This document shows positions 7,789 to 17,106 of a DNA stretch of 32,000 nucleotides, one piece after another (position 1 is the stretch's first letter; every line of letters starts with the position of its first letter). This DNA comes from Pyrobaculum aerophilum str. IM2 (lineage in GTDB: Archaea; Thermoproteota; Thermoprotei; Thermoproteales; Thermoproteaceae), in NCBI RefSeq assembly GCF_000007225.1, contig NC_003364.1, positions 1,470,001 through 1,502,000 of the forward strand. Reading direction: 5' to 3'. The notes below the pieces were generated by a model, which made no database searches, had not been told where the DNA came from, and was given only the letters and a program-made list of their open reading frames with translations. Made by a program: the position numbers and the translations under genes.

Positions 7789-9127
7789 ATTGTAAATATA
7801 CAGAGGCTTTTTTAATAGCTTTAATTATATTTAAATAGCCTGTACATCTACATATATTTTTTACAGAGAGCTTCAAGACGTCGTCTCTCGCCTGCGGGTC
7901 TATTCTCAAGTAGTCCACAGCGGCCATTATAAAGCCGTGGGTGCAGTAACCGCACTGCATGGCGTACTCTTCGAGAAACGCCTTTTGAACTGGGTGCAAC
8001 TGCCCCCCGCGCTGTAAGGAGCGCACGGTCTCCACTCTATGCCCCGCGGCTTGTACTGCGAAGATAGTACAAGACTTAACGGCGCGTCCGTCTAATAGCA
8101 CTGTGCACGCGCCGCAACGGCCCTCGTCGCACCCCCGTTTTACCTCTTTAAATCCCTTTTCCCTAAGGAAGTCAATAAGCAGTCTCCTCGGCTCCGCGTC
8201 AATTATGAACTCCCCGCCGTTTATCCACGCGGAGTTTCCCCCCGAGCCCCTCCACTTCTCCACCTCCCTCTTTTTAGGCAAAGTCCACTCGGCCCTCCCC
8301 GAGAGCTGGGCCAAGGCTTTTGACATAAAAATAGGCAAAAGCCTTCTCTTCTCATCGTATTTCATATGGGGATCGTCGTACGGCTCGCCTTCTGGCATTT
8401 CAGCGGCGATTTTATCAGCCCTATCCTTGGCCTCGGCCGGCGTTAAGCCGTCCAGCGCCCCCTCCAGCACCACGGGCCTTGTGTACAAGCCGCCTACTGC
8501 TATCCTTGATTTTGTCACAACGCCGTTTTCCTCCTCGGCGGCTACGGCTATTATCAGACTGGGATAGGAGGCGCCCCTCCTCTTATACACCACTACGCCC
8601 TGTCTGCTCCACTTAGGCACGGCTATCTCGACGACTAACCCGTCCTCGGCCTCCGTCTCGTAGGGGCCTTTAATAAACTGGGAGATGGGATATATGTAAA
8701 CGCCTTTTTTCCTCCTCACGGCTACTTCTGCGTTTAATGCGGCTAACACCGCCGGGTAATTAGCCGCGGGGTCTGCGTGGGCTAGGGAGCCCCCGATAGT
8801 TCCCCTATTTCTCACCTGGAGATCTGCTATATGCCACGCGGCCAAGGAGAGGGCAGGGGCCCACCTCACCACGGTCTCGTGCATCGCTACGTCGTTGTGC
8901 GTAAGTAAAGCGCCTATTTTCAGCTTCTCCTCCTCGCGTATATAGCGCAACTCGTCTAGTTCAAAGATGTCCACCAGCCCCTCGTGCGCAACTACGCCGA
9001 GTTTTAACAACGTGGAGATGGACTGGCCCCCTGCCAGCGGCCTATAGCCCTCCTCTACGTACTGCAACGCCTCCTCCACGCTGTTGGCTTTGATGTATTT
9101 AAAATGCCGGGGGTAGGGAGGTCTCAT
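7781..9127 (-). CDS. Fused FAD-binding (CoxM/XdhB-like) + [2Fe-2S] (CoxS/XdhC-like) subunit of a xanthine-dehydrogenase-family molybdoenzyme
   Basis: 448-aa ORF. The N-terminal half has LAGGQSISTLLKLG and RNRGTIGGSLAHADPAA (FAD_binding_5-type). The C-terminal part has C-x4-C-x2-C-x11-C (CDEGRCGACTVLLDGRAVKSC) and QCGYCTHG...CRCTGY. It is ATGA-coupled to the large-subunit gene. Confidence 0.87.
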   Translation of the reverse strand: MRPPYPRHFKYIKANSVEEALQYVEEGYRPLAGGQSISTLLKLGVVAHEGLVDIFELDELRYIREEEKLKIGALLTHNDVAMHETVVRWAPALSLAAWHIADLQVRNRGTIGGSLAHADPAANYPAVLAALNAEVAVRRKKGVYIYPISQFIKGPYETEAEDGLVVEIAVPKWSRQGVVVYKRRGASYPSLIIAVAAEEENGVVTKSRIAVGGLYTRPVVLEGALDGLTPAEAKDRADKIAAEMPEGEPYDDPHMKYDEKRRLLPIFMSKALAQLSGRAEWTLPKKREVEKWRGSGGNSAWINGGEFIIDAEPRRLLIDFLREKGFKEVKRGCDEGRCGACTVLLDGRAVKSCTIFAVQAAGHRVETVRSLQRGGQLHPVQKAFLEEYAMQCGYCTHGFIMAAVDYLRIDPQARDDVLKLSVKNICRCTGYLNIIKAIKKASVYLQSK

Positions 9128-11424
9128 AGCGGCAACGAGCTTATTGTCTTTTTGTATAAGTCCGCCACGGCGTTGGCAATAGCGGCCGGCGCCCCCATGA
9201 CTGGCCCCTCGCCTGATCCCAAAGCGCCTGAGGGGAGGTACCCCACGGGAGTCTCGAAATGAATTAATTCAACGTCCACGCCTACAAACTGGGACAAATC
9301 CGGCGTTCCGTAAGTCTCTAACAATAGGGACTTCGGCGACGCGTTTTCGTCATATTTCAATTCCTCATACAGCGCCATACAAACCCCGTGGTGTATCCCC
9401 CCGAGGAGCTGGCCCTCTAACAGCTCTTTTTTCAAAATCCTCCCGGCGTCGTGGGAAACGACGTATTTTAAAAGCCTAAGCTCGCCCTCTGCCTCCTCCA
9501 CTACAGCTAAATGGGCTTGTATTGCATACGCCGCGGAGGAGTTGACTCTATCCCCGACGGGGGCCTTGACCGTGGGCGGGTGGAAGAACACAGTAGCTGA
9601 GAGATTTGCGTCTACGCCCTCCGGCAAGCCGCCTGGATCCCAGTGGACGGCGGAGGCCAGTTGCCTTAAGTCAAGCTTCCTGTTGGGATTTGCCTCGTCG
9701 TATACAACCCCTTTTTGATACACGACGCGGCCCGCCCCTAATAACGCAGAGCCTAGAGCGATGATCTTCTCTTTAATTATCCTCGCCGCCAATATAGCCG
9801 CACTGGCGACCACGGGAGCGAATCTACTCGAATAACTCCCGCTGGACAACGACCAGGTTAGAGAGGTGTCAACTCTGTAAATCACTTTTACGTTACTGGG
9901 ATCTATTTCGAGCTCCCTCGCCACCACTTCGGCCAGCGCGGTCTCGTGGCCCAGCCCCTCGTTAGTGGCGTTTACAAACACATTCACCGCCCCGTGGGGA
10001 TCGACGCTTATAGTTACGTACTCCCCCGAGCCGGAGTGGGGGTACTTCCTCCTCTCCGCCTGTAGGGCCACGTCCACATAGCCCAGATTAGTTCCGCTCG
10101 GCTCGATAACCACAGCAATTCCCACGCCCACCCTCATCCCCCTCCTCTGCAAATCGCGCCATTTTCTATACTCCGGCTCCAGCGCTTTTAATACTCTGGC
10201 GTAATCTTGCATGGGGTAGAGGCCGCCAGTCACTGTTTCGTAAAAACGCCAGCCGTACTTTTCCAACGGGAATTGGCTTATTAGATTTCTCAGCCTTATT
10301 TCAAAGGGATCTATCCCAAGCCTCCTGGCCAATTCGTCCACCGCCCTCTCCAGCGCAAAGTAAAACTGAGGGCCTCCGTAACCTCTGTTAAGCCCCGTGG
10401 GCATTCTGTTAGTGAACACCACCGTATGCCTCACTTCAATAGCCCTTATGTCATAAGCGCCGTTTAAATTGCCGTGAACTCTATACAACGCCCCCGGCTC
10501 AGGCGGCCTAAGATAGGCGCCGACGTCTTCTACAAAGTCGTATTTAACGGCCAGTATACGCCCCTCTTTAGACGCGGCGATTTCCACAGTGCCGGCTCTC
10601 TCGCCGTTTGAACTACTGGCAACTAGGCTTTCAATCCTAGTTTCAATCCATTTCACAGGCGCGTTGGCAAGCCTTGAGGCGGTTGCGGCGAGAATTATAT
10701 AGGGATAGAGGGAGTATTTAATGCCGAAGCTGCCCCCTATGTCTCTGGGGGTTTGTAGCCTAATTTTTGAAGTGGGCAAGTCAAGCGCTCTTGATATGAA
10801 GTACATATAAAGGGCGGGGCCTTGGATATTTGCCCAAATCTCCAGCTCATCCCCCCTGTAGTCGGCGATTACTCCATACGGCTCTAACGGCATTGCAGTA
10901 TGCCTGGGGAATTTAAACTGGAACTTCTCCACCACGTCGGCGATTTTAAAGGCCTTGTCCACGTCGCCAAACGACATATGCCTCACAGTTGCGACGTTTG
11001 TGCCCAGCTCTTCGTGTACGAGCGCCCTCCCTCTGAGCGCGTCTTCTATAGACGCCACAGGCTCCAAGGGCTCGAAGTCCACATTGACGTAATCAAGCAG
11101 ATCAACGGCCTTGTACTTATCCCTGGCGAGGACCACCGCCACTGGCTCGCCGTAATACCTAGCTTTGCCGACGGCGATTGGATAGTATTTTATCGGCAGG
11201 CCCAAGGCGTTGGGGATGGGGTTTTTAATTATTCTCAAGAGGTCCTCTGGGGCGTAGGCCGCGCCCCCGCGCTTCCAGACGTCGGAAACGTCCACTTTTT
11301 TAATCCTCGCGTGGGGGTAGGGGCTTCTGTATATCGCCATGTGCAAAACCCCCCTGGGCTCGGGCAAGTCGTCTATGTACTCCCCGGCGCCAGTGACAAA
11401 CCTCAGCCCCTCTCTATAGGTCAT
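9124..11424 (-). CDS. Molybdopterin-binding large subunit, xanthine dehydrogenase / aldehyde oxidase family
   Basis: 766-aa ORF with FVTGAGEYIDDL at the N-terminus, GGSFGIK, TNRMPTGLNRGYGGPQF (XDH-type RG-F/Y-GGPQ motif) and the C-terminal GSGEGPVMGAPAAIANAV catalytic-Glu region. No CODH-type AYRCSFR motif is present. Confidence 0.9.
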   Translation of the reverse strand: MTYREGLRFVTGAGEYIDDLPEPRGVLHMAIYRSPYPHARIKKVDVSDVWKRGGAAYAPEDLLRIIKNPIPNALGLPIKYYPIAVGKARYYGEPVAVVLARDKYKAVDLLDYVNVDFEPLEPVASIEDALRGRALVHEELGTNVATVRHMSFGDVDKAFKIADVVEKFQFKFPRHTAMPLEPYGVIADYRGDELEIWANIQGPALYMYFISRALDLPTSKIRLQTPRDIGGSFGIKYSLYPYIILAATASRLANAPVKWIETRIESLVASSSNGERAGTVEIAASKEGRILAVKYDFVEDVGAYLRPPEPGALYRVHGNLNGAYDIRAIEVRHTVVFTNRMPTGLNRGYGGPQFYFALERAVDELARRLGIDPFEIRLRNLISQFPLEKYGWRFYETVTGGLYPMQDYARVLKALEPEYRKWRDLQRRGMRVGVGIAVVIEPSGTNLGYVDVALQAERRKYPHSGSGEYVTISVDPHGAVNVFVNATNEGLGHETALAEVVARELEIDPSNVKVIYRVDTSLTWSLSSGSYSSRFAPVVASAAILAARIIKEKIIALGSALLGAGRVVYQKGVVYDEANPNRKLDLRQLASAVHWDPGGLPEGVDANLSATVFFHPPTVKAPVGDRVNSSAAYAIQAHLAVVEEAEGELRLLKYVVSHDAGRILKKELLEGQLLGGIHHGVCMALYEELKYDENASPKSLLLETYGTPDLSQFVGVDVELIHFETPVGYLPSGALGSGEGPVMGAPAAIANAVADLYKKTISSLPL

Positions 11425-12200
11425 GCCCCCGTGTAGTTAGGCCTTCTTTTTTCAAAAAACGCCTTTATCCCCTCTTCGAAATCTCTGCTGTATCTCAAAA
11501 CCCCAAAGGTTTTACGCTCTAGGTCAAAGCCCACTTCCCTCGGCGCATCTGCTATCATAGACACCAGCTTCTTCGCCTCCTTTAAGGCAAGAGGCGGCAG
11601 CTCTCTGAGCTCTCTGGCGATTTCTAATACCCTCCCCCTCAGTCCCTCCGGCGGAACTACCTCGTCCACAAGCCCCAATTTCAGCGCCTCCTCTGCGGTC
11701 ATCCTCTTGCCCAATAGGATGTAGTACTTCGCCCTGAGAGGGCCCAGGGCTTTTACAAATCTAGTCAGGCCACCGCTGGCTGGCACCATTCCCAGCCTAA
11801 CCTCAGGGAGGCCGATTACGGCATTAGTTGAGGCGATGCGTATGTCGCACGAAAGGGCCAGCTCCAGCCCCCCTCCTAAAACATAGCCCTTTAATTCTGC
11901 TATAGTCGGTATAGGCAACTCCTCCAGCTCCACCAACGTCTTCCCCCAGTCTAACAGGTCTGTCGTAGTGGTTTTTAAAAACTCCCCCATATCGCCTCCG
12001 GCCGAAAAAGCCCTATCCCCCGCAGAGGCCACTATTAACACCCGCGCCTCTGTTTTTAATAAATCCCCCAGGGCCTCGCCGATGGCGCGCCGCATTTCCA
12101 AAGTAATTATGTTTAACCTCTCGGGGTAATTTATTAACAGCTGGTATATCCCCTCCTCCACTTGCTCCAGCCTTATCTTCCCGCCGGCGTATTCCCTCAT
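11421..12200 (-). CDS. Enoyl-CoA hydratase/isomerase (crotonase) family protein
   Basis: Crotonase motifs are present: VASAGDRAFSAGGDMGEF and GYVLGGGLELALSCDIRIAS. The start is placed at Met24 of the ORF (ATG 12200..12198), which forms an ATGA overlap with the upstream aldehyde dehydrogenase stop. The stop is ATGA-coupled to the Moco large-subunit start. Confidence 0.85.
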   Translation of the reverse strand: MREYAGGKIRLEQVEEGIYQLLINYPERLNIITLEMRRAIGEALGDLLKTEARVLIVASAGDRAFSAGGDMGEFLKTTTTDLLDWGKTLVELEELPIPTIAELKGYVLGGGLELALSCDIRIASTNAVIGLPEVRLGMVPASGGLTRFVKALGPLRAKYYILLGKRMTAEEALKLGLVDEVVPPEGLRGRVLEIARELRELPPLALKEAKKLVSMIADAPREVGFDLERKTFGVLRYSRDFEEGIKAFFEKRRPNYTGA

Positions 12201-13633
12201 ATGGGGTACTTCCTCTCCCTCAGCGTAATAGTCAACCAGCGATCGTAAGTAGTCTCGTGGAAAGACCACTCGCCCCCCTCTCTGCCGAAGCCGCTCGCCT
12301 TAATCCCCCCGAAGGGCACGTGGGATTCCTCAAGCATTGTCACGTCGTTGATGTGCACCATGCCGCTTTCAATCGCCTCTGCGATTTTAAAGGCCCTATT
12401 TATATTAGTGGTAACCACCGCCGCCGAGAGGCCGTACTCCGTGTCGTTTGCAACTTCAACAGCCTCGTCGTCGTTTTTAACCGGCACCACCGGGCGTATT
12501 GGGCCGAAGACTTCCTCCCTCATAATTCTAAAATTCCTATCCACGTCGACGAATACAGTGGGCCAGAAATACGCCCCAGCCCTCTTCCCGCCCGTAAGCG
12601 CCCTGCCCCCTCTAGACACCGCGTCTTGGTAAAACCTCTCCATCTCGTCGGCTTGCCTAGGCGATATGAGGGGGCCTTGTTCCACCGTCCTGTCCCTCGG
12701 ATCTCCCACTTTAAGTTGAGAAACTCTCTCTACAAACTTCTTCACAAAGACGTCATAAACCCTCTCATGTACAATAATCCTCTTGCTAGAGGTGCAGATC
12801 TGTCCTTGGTGGAAAAAGGCGCCGAATACAGCTATTCTCACCGCCAGGTTTAAATCGGCGTCGTCTAGTATGATGAGCGGATCGCTGCCGCCGAGCTCCA
12901 GAGTAACCGTCTTCAACGCGCCACCAGCTTTACTAGCAATTTCCCTCCCCGTGGCGCTCTCGCCTGTGAAAGTGACGTGGGACACTTTTTTATTCACAAC
13001 TATTTCATCCCCCACGGTGGAGCCCGGGCCCACTACTAGGTTGAAAACCCCCTTGGGGAACCCGGCTTGGTGTATCATCTCGGCAATTTTAAAGCCGGTG
13101 ACGGGAGTCTCGCTGGCCGGCTTGTAAACAATGGTGTTCCCCGTAGCTAATGCGTGCGCGATTTTCTTCATGGATATTGAAAGCGGGTAGTTCCACGGCG
13201 TTATGACCCCCACCACTCCCTTAGGCCTTTTGAAAACCATTGACACAACTCCTTCAGCGTCTGATTGGAGCGTCTTCCCGCCGTAGTGTCTGGCCAGCTC
13301 CGCGGCGTTTCTCACAAGACGCTCAGTGAAGACAACCTCCCCCCACGCCTTTTTATATATCCCCCCGCCCTCTACCATTAAGATGTTTATTAACTCTTCC
13401 TCTCTGCTTTTAATAATTTCGTAAAGCTTATACAAATACTCCGCCCTTTTAATCGCGGGGAGCTGTGACCAAGCTTTGAGGGCGTCATACGCGGCGTCAA
13501 TAGCCGCTTTGGCGTCCTCCCGTTTTGAAACTGGCGTCTCAGCTATTACTGATCCGTCAATCGGCGAGTGTTTTGGCCTACGTTCTTCAACTTCAATAAA
13601 TTCACCATTTATATAGTTTTTAACTATAATCAT
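12197..13633 (-). CDS. NAD(P)+-dependent aldehyde dehydrogenase
   Basis: 478-aa ORF with ALDH motifs ITPWNYP, TLELGGSDP, FHQGQICTSSKR (catalytic Cys) and EEVFGP. TTATTTAAATATT lies about 27 nt upstream of ATG 13633. Confidence 0.9.
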   Translation of the reverse strand: MIIVKNYINGEFIEVEERRPKHSPIDGSVIAETPVSKREDAKAAIDAAYDALKAWSQLPAIKRAEYLYKLYEIIKSREEELINILMVEGGGIYKKAWGEVVFTERLVRNAAELARHYGGKTLQSDAEGVVSMVFKRPKGVVGVITPWNYPLSISMKKIAHALATGNTIVYKPASETPVTGFKIAEMIHQAGFPKGVFNLVVGPGSTVGDEIVVNKKVSHVTFTGESATGREIASKAGGALKTVTLELGGSDPLIILDDADLNLAVRIAVFGAFFHQGQICTSSKRIIVHERVYDVFVKKFVERVSQLKVGDPRDRTVEQGPLISPRQADEMERFYQDAVSRGGRALTGGKRAGAYFWPTVFVDVDRNFRIMREEVFGPIRPVVPVKNDDEAVEVANDTEYGLSAAVVTTNINRAFKIAEAIESGMVHINDVTMLEESHVPFGGIKASGFGREGGEWSFHETTYDRWLTITLRERKYPI

Positions 13634-13770
13634 GGATTATGATATATTCCAGTTATTTAAATATTTCTTCCGATATAAGTTTATTCACGATATTTAAGAA
13701 TGTAAGATACTTAAAAATAGAGTTGGGGATTACGTAGTATCATTTTTAAATCAATAAAAAATAGATCTAC
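13634..13770. promoter_or_regulatory. AT-rich divergent promoter spacer (ALDH operon <-> acyl-CoA synthetase)
   Basis: 137-bp AT-rich spacer. TATA-like boxes lie at about 13654-13667 (minus-strand gene) and 13743-13751 (24 nt upstream of ATG 13771). Confidence 0.55.
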
Positions 13771-15651
13771 ATGGAATTATGGCGGCCAGAAAAACACCAC
13801 CTTGAGGAGTCTAATGTGGCAAAGTACATAACCTCCCACGGCATCAAGGGGCTTGACGACTTCCTCTCGCTCACTTTTGACAAGCCTGAGGAATTCTGGC
13901 GCTCCTTCGAGAAAGAGGTGTTGAAGCTTGGTTGGTACGAGGAGTACATAAAGGTGCTGGATCTATCCAAGGGAGTCCAATGGCCTAGGTGGTTCGTCGG
14001 CGGCAAGATCAACATAGCGGATCAGCTGGAGGATTCCTCCCGTCCCCTTGTCAAATGGGAGGGGGAAGACGGGTCGACCGCCGTCTGGAGCTATTCTGAG
14101 GTGCTCTACAAAGCCAAGGCGGTCGCCAGCTGGCTGAAGAGAAACGGGCTCGAGAAGGGGGATCGCGTGGCTATCTTCATGCCGATGGTGCCCGAGATAA
14201 TCCCGGTCATGCTGGGGGCCATCAGAGCTGGCGGCGTCATAGTCCCGCTTTTCAGCGGCTTCGGCAAGGAGGCCATAAGGGTTAGGCTCGAGGACAGCGA
14301 GGCTAAGTTCGTCTTCGCCTCCGATATCTCCTACAGGAGAGGCAAGGAGATCGATATGCTCTCGGAGCTGAGAGCCGGCTTGACGCCCTCAGTGAAGCGC
14401 GTGGTGGTGCAGGAACGCTCCGGACGTAGCAGCGGCTATACGCCGCTCTCCGAGGTCTTCAAGACCGGCGGCGACCACGTAGAGAGGGCAGACGCAGAGG
14501 ATCCCATCATGATTATATATACCTCGGGCACCACGGGGAAGCCTAAAGGCACCGTCCATACGCACGACGGCTTCCCCGTGAAGGCCGCCGCCGACGTCTA
14601 CTTCCACTTCGACGTGAGCGAGGGCGAGACCTTGAGCTGGGTGACAGACATGGGGTGGATGATGGGGCCTTGGATGGTCTTCGCCGCGTATCTGCTCAGA
14701 GGCTCCATGGCCTTCTTCGAGGGAGCTCCAGACTACCCCAAGGACAGACTCTGGCGTTTTGTGGAGCGCTTCAAGGTGAACGCCTTGGGCCTGGCGGCGA
14801 CGTTAACGAGATATCTCCGCTCCATAGGCGCAGCGGCGGAGCCCGGCCAGCTGGATTCGCTCAAAGCCTTCGGCAACACGGGGGAGCCCATAGACGTCGA
14901 GAGCTGGCTGTGGCTATACCGCATGGGAAGGGGGCGCATACCGATTATAAACTACTCCGGCGGGACCGAGATATCAGGGGGGATATTGGGTTGCTACGTG
15001 GTGAGGCCCATAAAGCCCAGCTCTTTCAACGGGCCTAGCATAGGCACTAAAGCCGCGGTGTTTACTGAGGATGGGAGGCCGGCCCCGCCTGGCGTTGAGG
15101 GAGAGCTCGTGGTACTCTCGGTGTGGCCCGGCATGACGAGAGGCTTCTGGAGGGATCCCCAACGCTATTTAGAGACTTACTGGAACAAGTGGCCTGGAGT
15201 GTGGGCCCACGGCGACGCTGCCGTAGTGGATGAAGAGGGCTTCTTTTACATACTGGGGAGGGCAGACGACACCATAAAGGTGGCCGGAAAGCGGCTGGGA
15301 CCCGCCGAGATTGAGACTGTCCTCAACGCCCATCCTGCCGTGGCCGAGTCCGCCTGTATAGGCGTCCCCCATGAGATTAAGGGCGAGGTGCCCGTATGTT
15401 TCGTGGTGTTGAAGCCGGGCTATGAGCCCAGTGAGGCCTTAAGGCGCGAGTTGATCAAGCTGACGGAGGAGGCCTTAGGCAAAGCCTTCGGCGCGGTGGA
15501 GGATATAAGGTTCGTCAAGATGTTGCCGAAGACCCGCAACGCCAAGATCATGAGGAGGGTGATAAGGGCGGTGTACTTAGGCCGCAACCCCGGCGACCTA
15601 TCGGCGCTCGAAAATCCGGAGGCCATAGAGGAGATAAAAAGAGCTCTGTGA
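13771..15651 (+). CDS. AMP-forming acyl-CoA synthetase, ACS/acetoacetyl-CoA-synthetase-like
   Basis: 626-aa ORF with YTSGTTGKPKG, HGDAAVVDEEG and LPKTRNAKIMRRVIR. The N-terminus (WRPEKHHLEESNVAKYI...PEEFWRSF) resembles the acetoacetyl-CoA synthetase-type leader. It is visibly more GC-rich than the paralog at 4430-6277. Confidence 0.9.
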   Translation: MELWRPEKHHLEESNVAKYITSHGIKGLDDFLSLTFDKPEEFWRSFEKEVLKLGWYEEYIKVLDLSKGVQWPRWFVGGKINIADQLEDSSRPLVKWEGEDGSTAVWSYSEVLYKAKAVASWLKRNGLEKGDRVAIFMPMVPEIIPVMLGAIRAGGVIVPLFSGFGKEAIRVRLEDSEAKFVFASDISYRRGKEIDMLSELRAGLTPSVKRVVVQERSGRSSGYTPLSEVFKTGGDHVERADAEDPIMIIYTSGTTGKPKGTVHTHDGFPVKAAADVYFHFDVSEGETLSWVTDMGWMMGPWMVFAAYLLRGSMAFFEGAPDYPKDRLWRFVERFKVNALGLAATLTRYLRSIGAAAEPGQLDSLKAFGNTGEPIDVESWLWLYRMGRGRIPIINYSGGTEISGGILGCYVVRPIKPSSFNGPSIGTKAAVFTEDGRPAPPGVEGELVVLSVWPGMTRGFWRDPQRYLETYWNKWPGVWAHGDAAVVDEEGFFYILGRADDTIKVAGKRLGPAEIETVLNAHPAVAESACIGVPHEIKGEVPVCFVVLKPGYEPSEALRRELIKLTEEALGKAFGAVEDIRFVKMLPKTRNAKIMRRVIRAVYLGRNPGDLSALENPEAIEEIKRAL

Positions 15652-15745
15652 TCGAGCATACAATGCTTATAGCGTAGGGGTAGCTTGACCTCAACGAAAT
15701 ATAAATAGAGGCGGCACCTCGTCCGTAACTGTTGTCTTTTATTAC

Positions 15746-15991
15746 GTGATACCGTGGCTTAAGAAGGCAGCGGGGGTCGGTAAAACGATGATCGTAGCCG
15801 ACGTTAGGTTGAGAGGGAAGCTCGAGGCCGACGTCTACGTCGAGGATATCGATAAACGCGAGGTGGAATATTCGCCGAGCCGCTTAGGCTATGTCTGCAC
15901 GGTAGAGCAATGTTATGCCGATATCTTGACGTACGGAGACGCTGGCCCTATCTGGTGGACCTACTATGGTCGTTTGGGCTATACGATGTGA
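15746..15991 (+). CDS. Hypothetical small protein (orphan)
   Basis: 81-aa ORF with a GTG start; an internal ATG at 15787 would give 67 aa. No family was recognised. A TATA-like AAATATAAATAG lies at about 15698-15710. Confidence 0.3.
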   Translation: MIPWLKKAAGVGKTMIVADVRLRGKLEADVYVEDIDKREVEYSPSRLGYVCTVEQCYADILTYGDAGPIWWTYYGRLGYTM

Positions 15992-16469
15992 ATAAGGTCT
16001 ATGCTCTGGCGGGCCCCCGAGGGAGAGCCGTCTTGGCGGCCTTAATGATCTAGGAGATGTTGCTCACAGGTCGTAACAGGTCCTGAGGGTCTTTTGATCC
16101 CTACAGGGAGGACTTCATGCCTTGACTCGATTACGTGGCGAGGTGGACGACGGGATAGATACTCGACAATGGCGCTAAAGATATCGCGTCAATTTAGGAA
16201 GCGTCCCCACTTTAGACAAGATCAAGCGGATCCTCACGAGACTCGGCGCGCGATCCGGCCAATCTCAGCAATTGTTGGCGGACGGGAAGAGGATAGCCTA
16301 CGTGTTGATATATTCCGATATCTTGAACAGATGGGGGTACATGTTGGGCTAAGGTCTATATATAATATTTAGTTCTGCCGAACATAGGGGAGCCCCTAGG
16401 TTCACGTTCGACGTAGACACCTCGCCGCCAGCGTTGACGGATAAGCTATCTGCGTTGAGATAAATCGCC

Positions 16470-16799
16470 GTGATAAACGCCAGCCTGCTGGAGGCGGGCT
16501 ACACGAAGGCCGTCAAGATACATAGATACGTCTACTTCGGGCTTTTCGAACATGACGTCGAGAAGTACGTTCTCCCCTATTTATTGCCGTTGAGAGTGCC
16601 GGTGTTGACTAGGTGGTCGGACGTTCCTCTGTGGGGCTACCTAGGGCGTCCTGGCGTATATGTCAGCTACGATGTCATCGCGGAGATCAAACGGATATCC
16701 GTTGAAACCCTGTGCGTAGATATGCCGGGGGGTGGATTACCTGAGGGCCGGCGTTTCAATAGAGCTCAAGCCGCCGGTGGAGGAATAGGGTGGCTTTAA
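16470..16799 (+). CDS. Hypothetical protein (orphan)
   Basis: 109-aa ORF with a GTG start. No motif was recognised. Confidence 0.3.
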   Translation: MINASLLEAGYTKAVKIHRYVYFGLFEHDVEKYVLPYLLPLRVPVLTRWSDVPLWGYLGRPGVYVSYDVIAEIKRISVETLCVDMPGGGLPEGRRFNRAQAAGGGIGWL

Positions 16800-16809
16800 G
16801 ATCTCCGTC

Positions 16810-17106
16810 TTGGTGTGGCAATTAGCCGAAAAGGCGAAGCATAAGATCATCGAGCCTGTGAGGCGGATCGATCACGACGTTCTGAAGGCCGTCTTGGATC
16901 TTAGAGCCATGTGGGCTGTGCCGAAGGAGGTAGCCGTCAGATATTTCGACGGAGTCCTAAAGGCGCAACTCGCCGAGGCCTTGCCACAAGTAGTCGACGT
17001 CGTCGGCGAATACTGGACGAGCCACCATTATGCGTTGGTGAGAGGTAAATACAGCTCTGTGGCCGAGGGGGTGGATAGGATCTTGAGGACATTGGAGGCG
17101 CTATAA
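16810..17106 (+). CDS. Hypothetical protein (orphan)
   Basis: 98-aa ORF with a TTG start, beginning 10 nt after the previous ORF. The composition looks helical. No motif was recognised. Confidence 0.33.
   Translation: MVWQLAEKAKHKIIEPVRRIDHDVLKAVLDLRAMWAVPKEVAVRYFDGVLKAQLAEALPQVVDVVGEYWTSHHYALVRGKYSSVAEGVDRILRTLEAL

Noticed and set aside
9124-11424. Calling the Moco large subunit an aerobic CO dehydrogenase (CoxL).
   Set aside because: The active-site loop reads GLNRGYGGPQ (XDH-type) rather than the CODH AYRCSFR-type motif, so only a family-level call is made.
12201-12269. N-terminal 23-codon extension of the enoyl-CoA hydratase ORF.
   Set aside because: It lies inside the aldehyde dehydrogenase coding region. 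Met24 gives a classic ATGA overlap and a normal crotonase N-terminus.
752-13127. Antisense or alternative-frame ORFs inside the large genes of the first 13 kb (for example 752-985, 1008-1208, 1487-1756, 1925-2224, 3493-3675, 4991-5203, 7134-7485, 8103-8567, 10900-11436, 12257-12853, 12783-13127).
   Set aside because: Each lies within a longer ORF that has strong family motifs. The translations are low-complexity Ser/Pro/Arg-rich, as expected for shadow frames of GC-rich genes.
13767-15659. Small ORFs overlapping the acyl-CoA synthetase gene (13767-14015, 14389-14607, 14655-15038, 14733-15372, 15420-15659).
   Set aside because: These are shadow frames of a 626-aa gene with complete ANL motifs.
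16094-16372. The 92-aa ORF in the orphan block.
   Set aside because: It is Arg-rich and implausible, and an alternative frame over the same DNA looks more protein-like but is interrupted. I made no confident call in either frame.
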